From assembly GCA_051530055.1 (NCBI GenBank), contig CM121342.1, forward strand, positions 16,011,480 to 16,075,479: a stretch of 64,000 nucleotides of DNA, given 5' to 3'. The position numbers and the translations under genes are program-made. The notes under the pieces were generated by a model. It saw only the letters and a list, made by a program, of their open reading frames with translations, was not told the origin of the DNA and did no database searches. This document shows positions 48,932 through 61,045 of this stretch, piece by piece; the first letter of the stretch is position 1; the number at the start of each line of letters is the position of its first letter. This DNA comes from Neoechinorhynchus agilis. Taxonomy: Eukaryota > Animalia > Acanthocephala.

Positions 48932-49296
48932 TCACAAAATCTGCCCGAATTCTCTTAAATTTTCAATATCAGTTGATGATAGTTCGGCATGGTTTCGCAG
49001 TTCGTCAAAGTTTCTTCGAATGTTCATCCCATCTGCAGCTAAAGACTGTTTGACTTTATCCACAGTGTGGGTCAGATTTTCAATCACAACACGAAGCTCC
49101 CGAAACGACAGATTAAGATCGACTGCTGTAGGCTCCTCTTGAATTTGCTTCAATTCATTCTTCAGTGCTTTCAAAGCAACCGACGTCTTCTTAAATTGTT
49201 TGCATTCCATTCTCTACAAAAGCGAAACAAACAGTTCAATTCAAAACAATGAAAAGTTTCTTGGTGCATTCAAAAGCGAAAAATCAGTCGTACCAT
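48932..49296 (-). CDS. Small coiled-coil protein, possibly Ska2-like
   Basis: ATG|gt intron (49214-49293) ag|RMECKQFKKTSVALKALKNEL...LNLSFRELRVV. Loose resemblance to Ska2 (FxKxxxxL, LLKELxVI), by eye only. Confidence 0.4.
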
Positions 49297-49591
49297 TCAA
49301 TTACAAAAGACTTGGGTGCGTAGTAATCCTGGTTCCCTCCGATCTTTTTGTTTAAAATTCTTCCGTGTTTAACTACGTCGAATTCGTCAATTCTTCTGAA
49401 GAAGCTGGACTATATTCCGGCCATTAAAGTAGGGATTTATACTTTGTTATGGACGACAATTTGTTCAATCCGATATTTTTGCACACTTCCATTGAGGGGT
49501 ATCGTGAAATACTAATTGATTTTCCAGCCGCATGATTGATAAAGTTTTTGTTTTGTGAAATAATGGACACTTGGGCTGTTGTAATAAACAA

Positions 49592-49626
49592 TTCCTGAAG
49601 AAGCCATAAGATGGTAAAAGCTCGGA
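49592..49626 (+). ncRNA. Minimal hammerhead-like PLE motif with A at position 12
   Basis: UUC-CUGAAGA-A-GCCAU-aag-AUGGU-AAAA-GCUC^GGA. Second copy at 8755-8789 on the minus strand. Confidence 0.45.
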
Positions 49627-50059
49627 AATAAAGATTTTTATCATTACAACGGGCAAAGTGTCCATTTTAGAAAACAACAACTGGACCTCTTGAAGAGAAT
49701 AAGGCAACTTTGAAACCTAACCTAACTAGAGTGTGAATATCCACTCGCCCATCAATATCGGACTCAATGAATTATTCCAGTTTTCCGTCATAACAAAAAT
49801 GAAAAGCAGCTCAATCTTCAAACGAATAGATTTGCAGAAATTAGTCTCGTATTTTGGTAGCCTTTGTTGCTTGATTTTACTCGAAAAGCCGTCCTAAAAT
49901 GGTTATCATTTTGCAAGTTCAATTTGTTTTTAATTTAACAAACAAACGTGTTGCATTCACTTTTATGGTTCGATTGGTATAACTGTAACGAAATGGTGAA
50001 TAAGCAATCCAATGTTTACCAAACAGTCGCTTTTGTTTAAAGCTTTGTAAAAATATCAG

Positions 50060-50335
50060 CATCGCCGTGTTGAGAGGCAACACAGCAAGCATTCGGGCGA
50101 CAATTGAGAACGGGACGGCTGGGCATTTTTTTAGGGATGAAGTTTTCCTCCAAGATCTTTATCTGCTAATTTAAGTAAAATCTTAAGCTTCAAAAAGAAC
50201 CTTATCTAGAAAGAAAAAACAAGCCACCGGCGATATGCGATCCAGCAGCTTCCTGTTGCAGCGAATCAGCGCGGCGATCCAACGCGGCAATGCCGCGGCC
50301 ATCAAGGAAGCTGCCGAACAATCATAACATTTGAA
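50060..50335 (+). mobile_element. CRE-like 3' remnant (second family)
   Basis: SSFLLQRISAAIQRGNAAAI. Confidence 0.6.
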
Positions 50336-50798
50336 TCAAAAAATAGTTAAATTAAAATATTATTGAATTGACGGACAGTTTTAAGTCTCTTCAAATTTGA
50401 AATAGTATCCTTCATCTCAAGGCTTTTATTTTTGAATAAAATGCTTGATTCTTTTTGAAAAAGTTTCGGTGTGAGCCTTCTTTTTTATCTTGATTTCATA
50501 AATGTTGTCATAGGTCAAAAAGCTTTTGAATGGCCATATTTTAGCAATAATTGCATTCCCGTTCATAAAACATCTGCATTTTAATTGGTTTTTCTTATTT
50601 GCGCTCACGTGTTATTAGTATTTACGATTACTTAATCGATATCTCTGATCTTTTTTGGTTTATTGCTGATAAGTCACAAAAATGTATCAGTTCATTTTTT
50701 TCGACGAGGTTTCTCAATTTAGCTATTGGATGATGTTTGATTGTAGGAAATGGAATCGACGACTTATCCATCACCTCGGCCTGTTTAGACATTTTAAG

Positions 50799-51378
50799 AT
50801 GCATCATTTTACAAAGCGAAAATTTACCTGCATGGAACTAGATGACGTTTATCTACCAGAAAAGGGGCAATTGATTGCAAAGGTAATTTTACGATTTAAT
50901 CAATTCTTTAGTTACCGTTCAATATAAGTCACTTGAATCACGGGGAAACCGACTGTTCAAAATCATTGACCAATTGGGTGAAGAATATCTTGTTAGTCTT
51001 CCACTTCGATTCAGTCATGTAGGATACTTGAAAAGCGGTTGGTTTTTTTTGGCTGGAGAAGTCACAGAGGTCGATTTTTTAGGCAACTACCTTATTGTGG
51101 AACCAATCAAGGAAGGGAAAAAAGTCCGAGGTGAAGTAGCCAGGATTCTTTACGAGAAACAAGTCCAGTACATCGTTGAAAACGGTCAATGGTGGGTTTC
51201 TGAGAAAAGGGTCTTTCTTATTCTTTAACTTTTCAATCGAAAAAGGCCCAAGTGCTTCGATATTCCTTTTAATGTTAAGAGAAAACTTGAAAAAGCCAAT
51301 CGAACTACTCAAATCGAACCTTCATTGTTACCTCCATCCTCTTCGTCCGATAGTGATTTGCCTGAAGATGACGAATAA
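50799..51378 (+). CDS. EIF1AD: eIF1A-domain RNA-binding protein
   Basis: MHHFTKRK...LPEKGQLIAK|SLESRGNRLF...EYLVSLP...YLKSG|NYLIVEPIKEGKKVRGEV...GQW|PKCF...LPPSSSSDSD. Three GT-AG introns. Confidence 0.88.
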
Positions 51379-51649
51379 CCGAAAAACGAGGTTGAACTTT
51401 GTGTAAAATAAGTAATTGTGGAACTTTGTACAAAATAAATTAATTTTTGTTATTAAGAGCCCTGGTTTCCCAAGATGGATTTTTTACGATCGCGTTCGCC
51501 AGTCTTGTTTGATGAGCAAACGAGCGAGAGTCATGTTCGTGGTCATAATCTCTAATTAAAGAATATTCTTTTGCTATGTTAAAGACTGCTCGTTTTTATT
51601 AGGAAATTTTAAAGTAACTTTCAATAGTCCTATACGGACAAAATACAGG

Positions 51650-51880
51650 GCCCTGAATCGAAATCATTATTTCGTTCCCCTTGGCGTCGATATACTCGGG
51701 TCGTTTGGTACCGCGGCGCAGGACCTGGTCAAGCAATTGTCTAACAGGCTCAGACGAATAATTGGCGATCAGAGGGCAGGAGCATTTTTCCTACAAAACA
51801 TTAGTCTGGCTGTGCAACGGGAGGGAACGCTGCATCCGTCCTTTCGACCATCACATCATTACGGCAGCTGAGTGATCCAG
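51650..51880 (+). mobile_element. CRE-like 3' fragment
   Basis: Highly similar to 11260-11490 (HYFVP.GV...AFFLQNISLAVQR). Confidence 0.75.
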
Positions 51881-52612
51881 AGCGGTGGTGTTAGTGATTT
51901 CATGACATTTATGATTAAACATAGAAATGAAAATTTTTGCAAGCGAATACAATGAATATCGCCGATTTTTCAATCACATGCTGATTCTCTAGGTATTGAA
52001 CAGAATATTCGTCGAGGTCTTCTTGATTTATAGGGAGACCACTGATATAGAAACCGTTAAGACTTATAAACGAGATTAGCGATATAGTGGAAAGTTTAAA
52101 AGTTGGCAAGATAAAGATTGAATGATTTTTTTCAAGATGGATTGACAGGTACGCATTTGGATTGAAACTGAAATCTTATAGAGCATGGACTTCTATAATT
52201 CAAATAAAATCTGTTTTTTGGACCTTTTACGCACTTGATTTCTCAGCAAACCGAATTATGTCAACTGTCAGGGCATTGAACCCAAACAATGTTCGTTTTG
52301 CAAGCAAAATGCAGCTCGTCCATCATAAACCATCTTTCGAACTCATGTACATCTGCCTCGTGATTTACGCTCCTAGGCATCAACTGGTTGCTGCCACATA
52401 AATGCGCTCAGCGAGTCCCGTTGTTAGTAACGAAAAAATGAAGATTTACTTCCTGTATTCATGTGAGTTCTTGAATGTAAATAGAAAGGAATCGAAAAAC
52501 AAGTACCCATTTAGGTATCATTGCGATTCTGGCACCTACAAGGGATAGTAGCTCGGTGCTGAGCGCCGCTCTGGTAAGCACAATTGATTTGATTAACGGA
52601 TGTTGTAAGCAC

Positions 52613-53261
52613 TTTATTTAGTCTCGCCCTTTTGAATCCAATGATAGACTTCCATCATGGGGACCTCCTCAAAGGGTAAGACTTGAAAGACAATGAATAA
52701 TAGTATAAATAGCGATTTATTTAGCCTCGCCCTTTTGAATCTAATGATAAACTTCCATCTTGGGGACCTCCTCAGAGGGTAAGACTTGAAAGACAATGAA
52801 TAATAGTATAAATAGCGATTTATTTAGCCTCGTCCTTTTGAATCCAATGATAGACTTCCATCTTGGGGACCCCCTCAAAGTGTAAGACTTTAAGGATGCA
52901 TTACTTAAATCCTAAAAAGCGTTTTATTTAGCATCGCCCTCATGATTCTAGTGATAAACTTCCATCTTGGGGACATCCACAAAGGGTAAGACTTTAAGGA
53001 TGCAGGACTTAAATCCTAAGGCGCGCTTTATTTAGCCTCGTCCTTTTGAATCCAATGATAGACTTCCATCTTGGGGACCTCCTCAAGGGGTAAGACTTTA
53101 AAGACGCAAGACTTAAATCCTAAAAAGCGTTTTATTTAGCCTCGCCCCCATGATTCCAATGATAGACTTCCATCTTGGGGACCACCTCAAAGGGTAAGAC
53201 TTTCAAGACGCAGGACTTAAATCCTAAAAAGCGTTTTATTTAGCCTCGTCCTTTTGAGTCC
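52613..53261. repeat. Tandem array, 103-104 bp unit, about 6.3 copies
   Basis: Unit starts TTTATTTAGCCTCG at 52613, 52716, 52819, 52923, 53027, 53131 and 53235. Confidence 0.95.
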
Positions 53262-54067
53262 GATCCCAGATCTGCATCGCAGTGACGCCAGAAAAGCATA
53301 GCCAGTTTTTAGTGCTTAGAACGGCGTGCAGTATTATCTTTGTCATTCTGATCTTTGATTGCTTATGAAATAAAAATGCTAACAAATTGATATGTTAAAT
53401 GGTGCGGTATGGGAGACTTTGTTAAAGGTTATATTGGTTACACATGAAACGTAGGCGTCCGGATCTCGGCAGAATAATATTCTATTAATTTTCGACTAAA
53501 GCTATTGGTAAATTCGAGCCCACAAAGGAGAAAATCCGGGTGGGTGAGAACGATTAAGGACGAGAGCGCAGGCGAAACTTCAATTAAACAGGCTGGCTCC
53601 CACCTCTTGATTTACACTGATTTGATGACTTGCCCGCATGCCGACAAATATACTACATTCTATTTTTTCTGGATAACATTTTCTGGTAGTCGTTCTTGTT
53701 CAGGTACGGTCGTCATCGTGGCGTATTGAACTTTTAATCCTGAAGTCGGTTTCAATAAAATAATACGAAACCACAGACGGCTGTAAAAGTTTAAAAAGGT
53801 TTAACCCGATTCTTCGGCAAAGCGACAACTATGATCTATAGAATATTGTTTGAATAAATTCAATCCAACAACATATCCTCCAATAACCACAATCTATCAG
53901 TGATTTGTATACATCTGATCCCAATCGTGTGCCATTGCCCCTGCAACATTCCAAAACCCGACAGCAAACCTTTTTTCTAACTGGTAACCAGGCAACGCGG
54001 GGGCGGCTAACGATATCTCTTTAAACAACTGATTCTGCAGTCAGACACAATCTCTCGTCTTGAAATA

Positions 54068-54487
54068 ATGGAATTCACCAATGTTGGAAATTGCCGACGA
54101 CCCCGCTACTATGGTACCTGCGTTACGGATAACAATTGCCGTCCGCAAATGTGCCACCAGACCATTTGTTATCAACCACCTCCGTTGATGGTTCAGCGAA
54201 CCATCTATCAACCAACCGTTCAAATTCAAGAAAGAGTCTTGCCTTGTTCAGGGCAGACCTACAAAAGAAGAATTGTTAAACAGGGAAATTGTGTTTGCAG
54301 TCCAAGGTACGAATGTGGTCCTTCTAAAATGGTCTGCGAACCGATTCAGACTTGTCCTGATTTAATATGTGAAGAACGAAGATGCTGCACGCCATCGCAA
54401 ATGATTTGCGAGCCACCAAGGACCACGAGTTGCTGCCCAGCTCCAAAGATTCACAGAGTCTGTTATTTGCCTTACTCGAGAATTTAA
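54068..54487 (+). CDS. Orphan Cys/Pro-rich protein (139 aa)
   Basis: Intronless ATG-TAA ORF with about 18 Cys and repeated xCEP/CCxP motifs. No signal peptide. Confidence 0.65.
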   Translation: MEFTNVGNCRRPRYYGTCVTDNNCRPQMCHQTICYQPPPLMVQRTIYQPTVQIQERVLPCSGQTYKRRIVKQGNCVCSPRYECGPSKMVCEPIQTCPDLICEERRCCTPSQMICEPPRTTSCCPAPKIHRVCYLPYSRI

Positions 54488-54612
54488 GCTATAACTTTCA
54501 CTGAATTAAATTAAGTTTTTCTGAATGATCCAACTACTGTTCAACATATTTATGAAAGATTTCAGACAAAATAACTTAACAACAATTCGTCTTTTATTCT
54601 TCATCTAGAAAA

Positions 54613-55416
54613 TCACTTCCACTTCAAATCATTAGTGTTGTGAATATGCTTCTGCATTGATCGATTATCGGCGAGCTCTGAATCGTAAAAGCAAATATCT
54701 TCATCGGCTATGGCCTTTTCTTCATTCTTATTTTTCCTATGAAAATATTCCATCATTGCTACTTCATCGTCTTTGCTCATTCGCGGTTCACGAGCCGGTG
54801 GATGTTCGACAGAATCAGGAACAAGTCTAATAATCACTTTTGTGTTTTCGAAATTGCCACAGATATCACCAATTTTCTTTGTCTTTGGAATTTTTTTACC
54901 GCTGAACCAGATTGCGTATTCACAGGGGTTAGGTTCTTCCAATATTTTATACACTGATTGAGGGCACCTTCCATTTTGATCAATCATTGTGCATAACGTG
55001 CGTAATCGTTCAATAGTCCGGTCTACGCTTTCTATAGTCAAGTGCTTGTTAAGGTCAACTAATTTCTAAATAAGTACATCGATTCAAAGAAAAACGAGGC
55101 ATACAAACGTTTGATATATCGTCTAGACAGTGTTGTACAGTTCGCTGTGTAGTGTCCACAAAATCAGGAAATGGAAGATTCGGAATTTCACTGGTGGTAG
55201 TCCCTACATCTTTCAACATTCGAGTAAATTCTACATTAGCCAGAAAGACCATTAATGTATTCAAGTGATAAACTCACCTTTACACGCTTCGTGTATTTTG
55301 GATGCCTGCTTATAAATATAAGAAAGATCCTCCGATGCTTGATTAATTAAAGTCTTGACGGAAGTGGAAAACAGAAACTGAATACTGTCATCAACTTTTA
55401 CGTGAATAACTACCAT
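54613..55416 (-). CDS. CFAP298: Cilia- and flagella-associated protein 298 (C21orf59/Kurly)
   Basis: MVVIHVKVDDSIQFL; YAIWFSGKKI..TKKIGDICGNFENTKVIIRL...PPAREPRMS...MMEYFHR...DSELAD...DLKWK. Three exons, GT-AG introns. Confidence 0.85.
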
Positions 55417-56005
55417 CTGAATTGAGGTAAAATCATTTGGGTTCAAATAAGTTATTCAAGTTTTTAGTAAGCATCGATCAATACACTTTGACCGAGGAAA
55501 TGCAAAACACTTTAATCAATTTATGCCATTTTTGCTCTCTCTCTAGTTTTTAAAACAATACGATCTTACGAGTAAATAACTTAAAAAAGAGCAATAAGCG
55601 TAAAATTACTATTCTGCAAAAGGTGTGATTTTTTAAAATATAACAAGCGAATGGAAACAGTTTTGTGGAAACATTTCACATAAATCAAACGATTTTGATT
55701 GGAAAATTTGGAATGCGTTTTCGTCAACAGTACAAAAAGCACTTAACAGATAGATATCAGGATTACAAAATAACTAATTTTATTAAGTGTTCTCATGAAC
55801 GTAGCGTCCTTGGCACATTCCTTCACTTAACAAGGACGTTGTTCGAAACATGACTCTTAATTTAGGAAGTGTCGTATCGCCGATCTTTTGTAAAATCTCA
55901 CAGAAAATTGGCTTCTCGGTCTTCCATATACAATAAATAAAGAATGCCTTTAATCATGGCGATTTCAGGGAAAATGAGAATTTAGAGCTTTAACCCCATA
56001 TTTAT

Positions 56006-58940
56006 TTAAGGATTTAGACTTAGTCTCTTTGAAAGCGCGTGTGCTTCGGGGCAACAAGGAATACAAGCTAGCAATCCTAGAAAAACCTCTCGCAAATCCT
56101 CGCCGCCGGAAACCAATCGAAAACGCAGAACTAAATGCAAGAAAATTAAGATTGAGGTTGTACAAAAAAGCAAATAGCGTACATGCGAAAACTGGGGAAT
56201 CGAGATGTCCTGTTAATGTGATCAACTCATTGATTGTGTTCAATGAGATTTCGCTGATTGAAATATTTTCAATTAATTCGGCTGCCAACGAACATTTATC
56301 CGCTAAAAAACATATCGACAAGCACGCGACTGAATCCATTTTCCACGCATCGTAAATCAAAGAGAAGAATGTATCCTACGCAAAAAGTTTTCTAAAAGTA
56401 AATGTACTTTGAGATAGTCTTTGAAAGACTCACTTCATTTCGAAGTGTAATTCTTAAATCGATAAGGTCATCCTCTTGTATTAGAACATTGTCAAGCAGT
56501 TTTACGAGATTGACAGTCTTTTCGTTTTTTCCACGCTTTTTGATGCTATTCGCCAAGGCGCTATATAGATCCCTATTTCCAATTGCTTTACATAGCTTAC
56601 TAAATACATCAAATAGCAGTACTAAATGCTTAAACTCACTGTAAGACCGACCGCGATCTCAAATCTACTGGATCAAAACCATCAAAAAATCTTGGCAAGT
56701 AATCAATGAGTAATAGGTCTCTGAATGGAGCTTTTATTGACTTCGTCAACTCAGTGGTTTTCAAAACAATCTACAATATTTTTTGTTCATGCTTGGGTCG
56801 TCTATAAAACGGATTTATACCTCATCAATATCCGAAGTGAATCCTAGTTCAATAATTTCGAAAAATAGTTCCATCATCGCGAACGGTGGCAGTGAACTCG
56901 ACGATAGGGAAATCTTCGAGCAAGGAATTACATCGTCCGGAAATGTTTGACACATAAAAATTGCCCAATCGACAATGTGCAAAAAATGCGAGCTTTTATT
57001 TCAGAAATCTCCAAAGTTAAGATTATTAAAAGTGTGCACAGAAAGATTATAACAAAACGCTTATTTCATCGAGGATATGCCATCTACCAAGAAACACTAA
57101 TATCCTGGAGACCTACGATAGTAGATTCTTAATATTTTGTTTCGGAAATAAATTCAATACACAAAAACACAGCATTTAAAGATTACTGATCTCGCAAATT
57201 GATTCACGAACCAAGCAATATCACAACGCACCTTTTCTAGCCTAAATGCGTTTTATAGATCCTAAGGAGGCATTTAAATTTGCATAAGCCCTTGAGAAAG
57301 GGAAGATTCGTAAAAATTCATGATTTTCAACAGAAGCAAATCACTTGCGTATGTTTAATGGTCAAAACGCTTAAAGATTCACGATTAAAAAACGCGTTGT
57401 CCAAAATTTCCGAATTTTCTAACCCGAAATGTCGGCTGCGCTCTCGAGAATTCCTACCGTTTCACATTTTTACTATCAAGTTGAAGTAGTTCCAAAATTT
57501 TACGCTGCAAAGAAATACTGATTTTTGCTCGTGCTTCCAAGACATCCTAACACTCAAAGAACTATCGATTGTTTCTATCCTTCAAATACGCACCATTTTA
57601 TCGTCTGGCAATGAAGGTATTTGCTGCAAAATATTTCTCATAAGCGTATCTATATCGTTATTGGCGATATTATGAACGCAATCAGAAATCCAAATAAGAG
57701 ATGTTTTGCGTAAGAATGCAACTAGGAGTGAGAAAAGAGGTGATTGGCACTACAATACGCATTACCAGTGGACGATGTGTAGTTGAATAGTGTTTGAAGG
57801 ATAGAAGGATCGTATTGAGAATTCACGGATTCACCGATTGATTTCAATAGATCTTCACGCCTGTATACAAAAAGAAGTTGGTGTGAAGTGGCGACAAGAA
57901 ACAGACTGCGTTTTTGTGATTTGACGAGAAGAGTTGGACATGATTCCGAAGATGGCTTCTAATAGATATCCCCAATGTGACGAAATATCAACGTTTTTGA
58001 TTGAGTCAAAGAATAAAATCTATGTTTTTTGGCGTTAAACGAAAATTCCCATCAGATTTTTTACCCAAGAGAAGACAAAATGAGCGGTGGTGTCGTTCGA
58101 AGAGTATAGCCTTTCACGGAATAGAGGCAAAAGCGAGCTGAGATCGAATTCATCCACCATAAAGATTATGTCTTTCAAAAGGCTGTTGATTTTATGAACG
58201 GTCGTCCTGATGTTCGTATTAGTGTGCGCGCAATCCTTTTTTGTATTTAAAAAATATACACCAAGAAATGTAAAAAAGGTTCAATTACGAACTCGACTGG
58301 CTGTATCGAAAATCACATTGAAGTACATAAGGCTTTCTTTTCCCAGAATAACTATACAATTGATAAGAACTTCTAATGAAAACAACTGAACGCCAATGTT
58401 GGTATCGCCAATACACGCGATGATCGGCGGCATGATCAAATGCTTGAACCGGCATAAATTCTAATGGAACAATGGTAGATTTGAAAATTAAACGATTGGA
58501 AAAACTTTTTTAAGAACCCGAATAATGCTCATTAGAGCATTTAAACCGGCTAAGCGTAGAGCTTGCGTTTGTGAAAGTGCAAATGAACGAGACAAATATA
58601 CAATCAATGCTTCCAAATCGCTCGTCCTTTCCGATTTCAATAAGTCGATGGTCAGCCTGTGAGCTGGAATTCTAATTAAATAAAAATAGAAATAGAACTC
58701 ACTCGCTAATATTGCTTAAAGCAACGATTCGCCTTTCACTCATCGAGTCGGTCAGTTGCTTTATGAAATCTTCATTAAAAGGAATAATCGATTTTTCCGT
58801 TAACATCAAAAGCAATCGATCCGGAAAACAGTCGAGGTTGTACGTCCCTTCGTCTCGAATAAATAGAAATGCAATTTAGCTTTGAAACGCACCAATAAAT
58901 CAAGGCCGATTTTCTTGTCCGTTAAAAGTAAACGGACCAT
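56006..58940 (-). CDS. VAC14: Vac14 scaffold protein (multi-exon, several apparent frameshifts)
   Basis: LIMPPIIACIGD...YFNVIFD, LLKDII...FDLSSLLPLFRERLY...FSW|IL, and the Fig4-binding region IYDAWKMDSVACLSICFL...LDSPVFA|FLRFRL...FLGLLACIP...LSKRL. The middle exons could not be resolved cleanly. Confidence 0.85.
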
Positions 58941-59029
58941 TGAGTGAATTTAAAAAAGTACACATGCAGAACAATCAAAATAGCCATCAAAAACAACCCT
59001 AAATGATAGCCGAGAGAAAATCCTTCAGA

Positions 59030-61045
59030 AATGCAAGATAAAATATATTTTATTGAATCGGGGAATATTTCGCGAGAAAGCCCCAAATCACCGGTCATTT
59101 ACCGGGATTACGATCACAACATCTAAAACCCTACCATCCCTAAGGATTTTCTCTTGACGATTAAATTGATTATTGGAGAAATGGTGATCATAATGACGCA
59201 TAAAATATATTTTATTGAATCGGGAGATATTTCACGAGAAAACCTCAAATCATCGGTCATTTACCGGGATTACGATCACAACATCTCCAACTAAACCATC
59301 CCTAAGCATTTTCTCCTGACCATTAAATTGATTATTGGAGATATGGTGATCACAATCGCGCATAAAATATATTTTATTGAATCGGGAAATATTTCACGAT
59401 AAACCCTCAAATCATCGGTCATTTACCGGGATTACGATCACAACATCTCAAACTCTACCATCCCTAAGGATTTTCTCTTGATGAATAAATTGATTATTGG
59501 AGAAATGGTGATCATAATCACGCGTAAAATACATTTTATTGAATCGGAAGATATTTCACGAGGAAGCCTCAAATCATTGGTCATTTACCGGGATTACGAT
59601 CACAACATCTCCAACTCTACCATCCCTAAGGATCTTCTCTTGATGATTAAATTGATTAATGGAGATATGGTGATCATAATCACGCATTTTATATATTTTA
59701 TTGAATCGGGAGCTATTTCACGAGAAAGCCTCAAATCATTGGTCATTTTCCGGGATTACGATCACAACATCTCCAACTCTACCACCCCTAAAGATTTTCT
59801 CTTGATGATTAAATTTATTATTGGAGAAATGGTGATCATAATCACGCATAAAATATATTTTATTAAATCGGAAGATATTTCACGAGAAAGCCTCAAATCA
59901 TCGGTCATTTACCGAGATTGCGATCACAACATCTCCAACTCTACCTTCCCAAAGGATTTTCTCTTGATGATTAAATTGATTATTGGAGAAATGGTGATCA
60001 TAATCACGCATAAAATATATTTTGTTGAATCGGAAGATATTTAACGAGAAAGCCTCAAATCATCGGTCATTTATCGGGATTACGATCACAACATCTCCAA
60101 CTCTACCATCCCTAAGGATTTTCTCTTGATGAATAAATTGATTATTGGAGAAATGGTGATCATAATCACGCATAAAATATATTTTATTGAATCGGAAGAT
60201 ATTTCACGAGAAAGCCTCGAATCATCGGTCATTTATCGGGATTACGATCACAACATCTCCAACTCTACCATCCCTAAGGATCTTCTCTTGATGATTAAAT
60301 TGATTATTGGAGAAATGGTGATCATAATCACGCATAAAATATATTTTATTGAATCGGAAGATATTTCACGAGAAAGCCTCGAATCATCGGTCATTTATCG
60401 GGATTACGATCACAACATCTCCAACTCTACCATCCCTAAGGATTTTCTCTTGATGATTAAATTTATTATTGGAGAAATGGTGATCATAATCACGCATAAA
60501 ATATATTTTATTAAATCGGAAGATATTTCACGAGAAAGCCTCAAATCATCGGTCATTTACCGAGATTGCGATCACAACATCTCCAACTCTACCATCCCTA
60601 AGGATTTTCTCTTGATGATTAAATTGATTATTGGAGAAATGGTGATCATAATCGCGCATAAAATATATTTTATTGAATCGGGAAATATTTCGCGAGAAAG
60701 CCCCAAATCACCGGTCATTTACCGGGATTACGATCACAACATCTCCAACTCAACCATCCCTAAGGATTTTCTCTTGATGATTAAATTGATGATTGGAGAA
60801 ATGGTGATCATAATCACGCGTAAAATATATTTTATTGAATCGGAAGATATTTCACGAGAAAGCCTCAAATCATCGGTCATTTACCGGGATTACGATCACA
60901 ACATCTCCAACTCTACCATCCCTAAGGATTTTCTCTTGTTGATTAAATTGATTATTGGAGAAATGGTGATCATAATCGCGCATAAAATATATTTTCTTGA
61001 ATCTGGAGATATTTCACGAGAAAGCCTCAAATCATCGGTCATTGT
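59030..61045. repeat. Tandem array, 162 bp unit, about 12 copies
   Basis: The 54-codon periodicity is visible in ORFs 59478-60044 and 60126-61145. Units are highly similar. Confidence 0.96.

Noticed and set aside
49465-49707. 80 aa minus-strand ORF as a gene
   Set aside because: It overlaps a plus-strand PLE 3' remnant with a hammerhead-like motif and has no recognisable homology.
52613-53261. CRISPR-like repeat-spacer array or spliced-leader gene array
   Set aside because: The variable segments are repeated rather than unique, the context is eukaryotic with no cas genes, and there is no room for promoters or a convincing Sm site despite an AGGGTAAG donor-like motif.
55965-56360. The 131 aa ORF as the true VAC14 C-terminus
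   Set aside because: A GT-AG intron after PVFA shifts to a frame (FLRFRL...FLGLLACIP...SKRL, stop at 56006) that matches Vac14 much better.
58215-58290. CCTTTTTT/AAAAAAGG inverted repeat in a VAC14 intron as another hairpin intron
   Set aside because: It is low complexity, strongly asymmetric to the splice sites, and the GT-AG junction is in frame.
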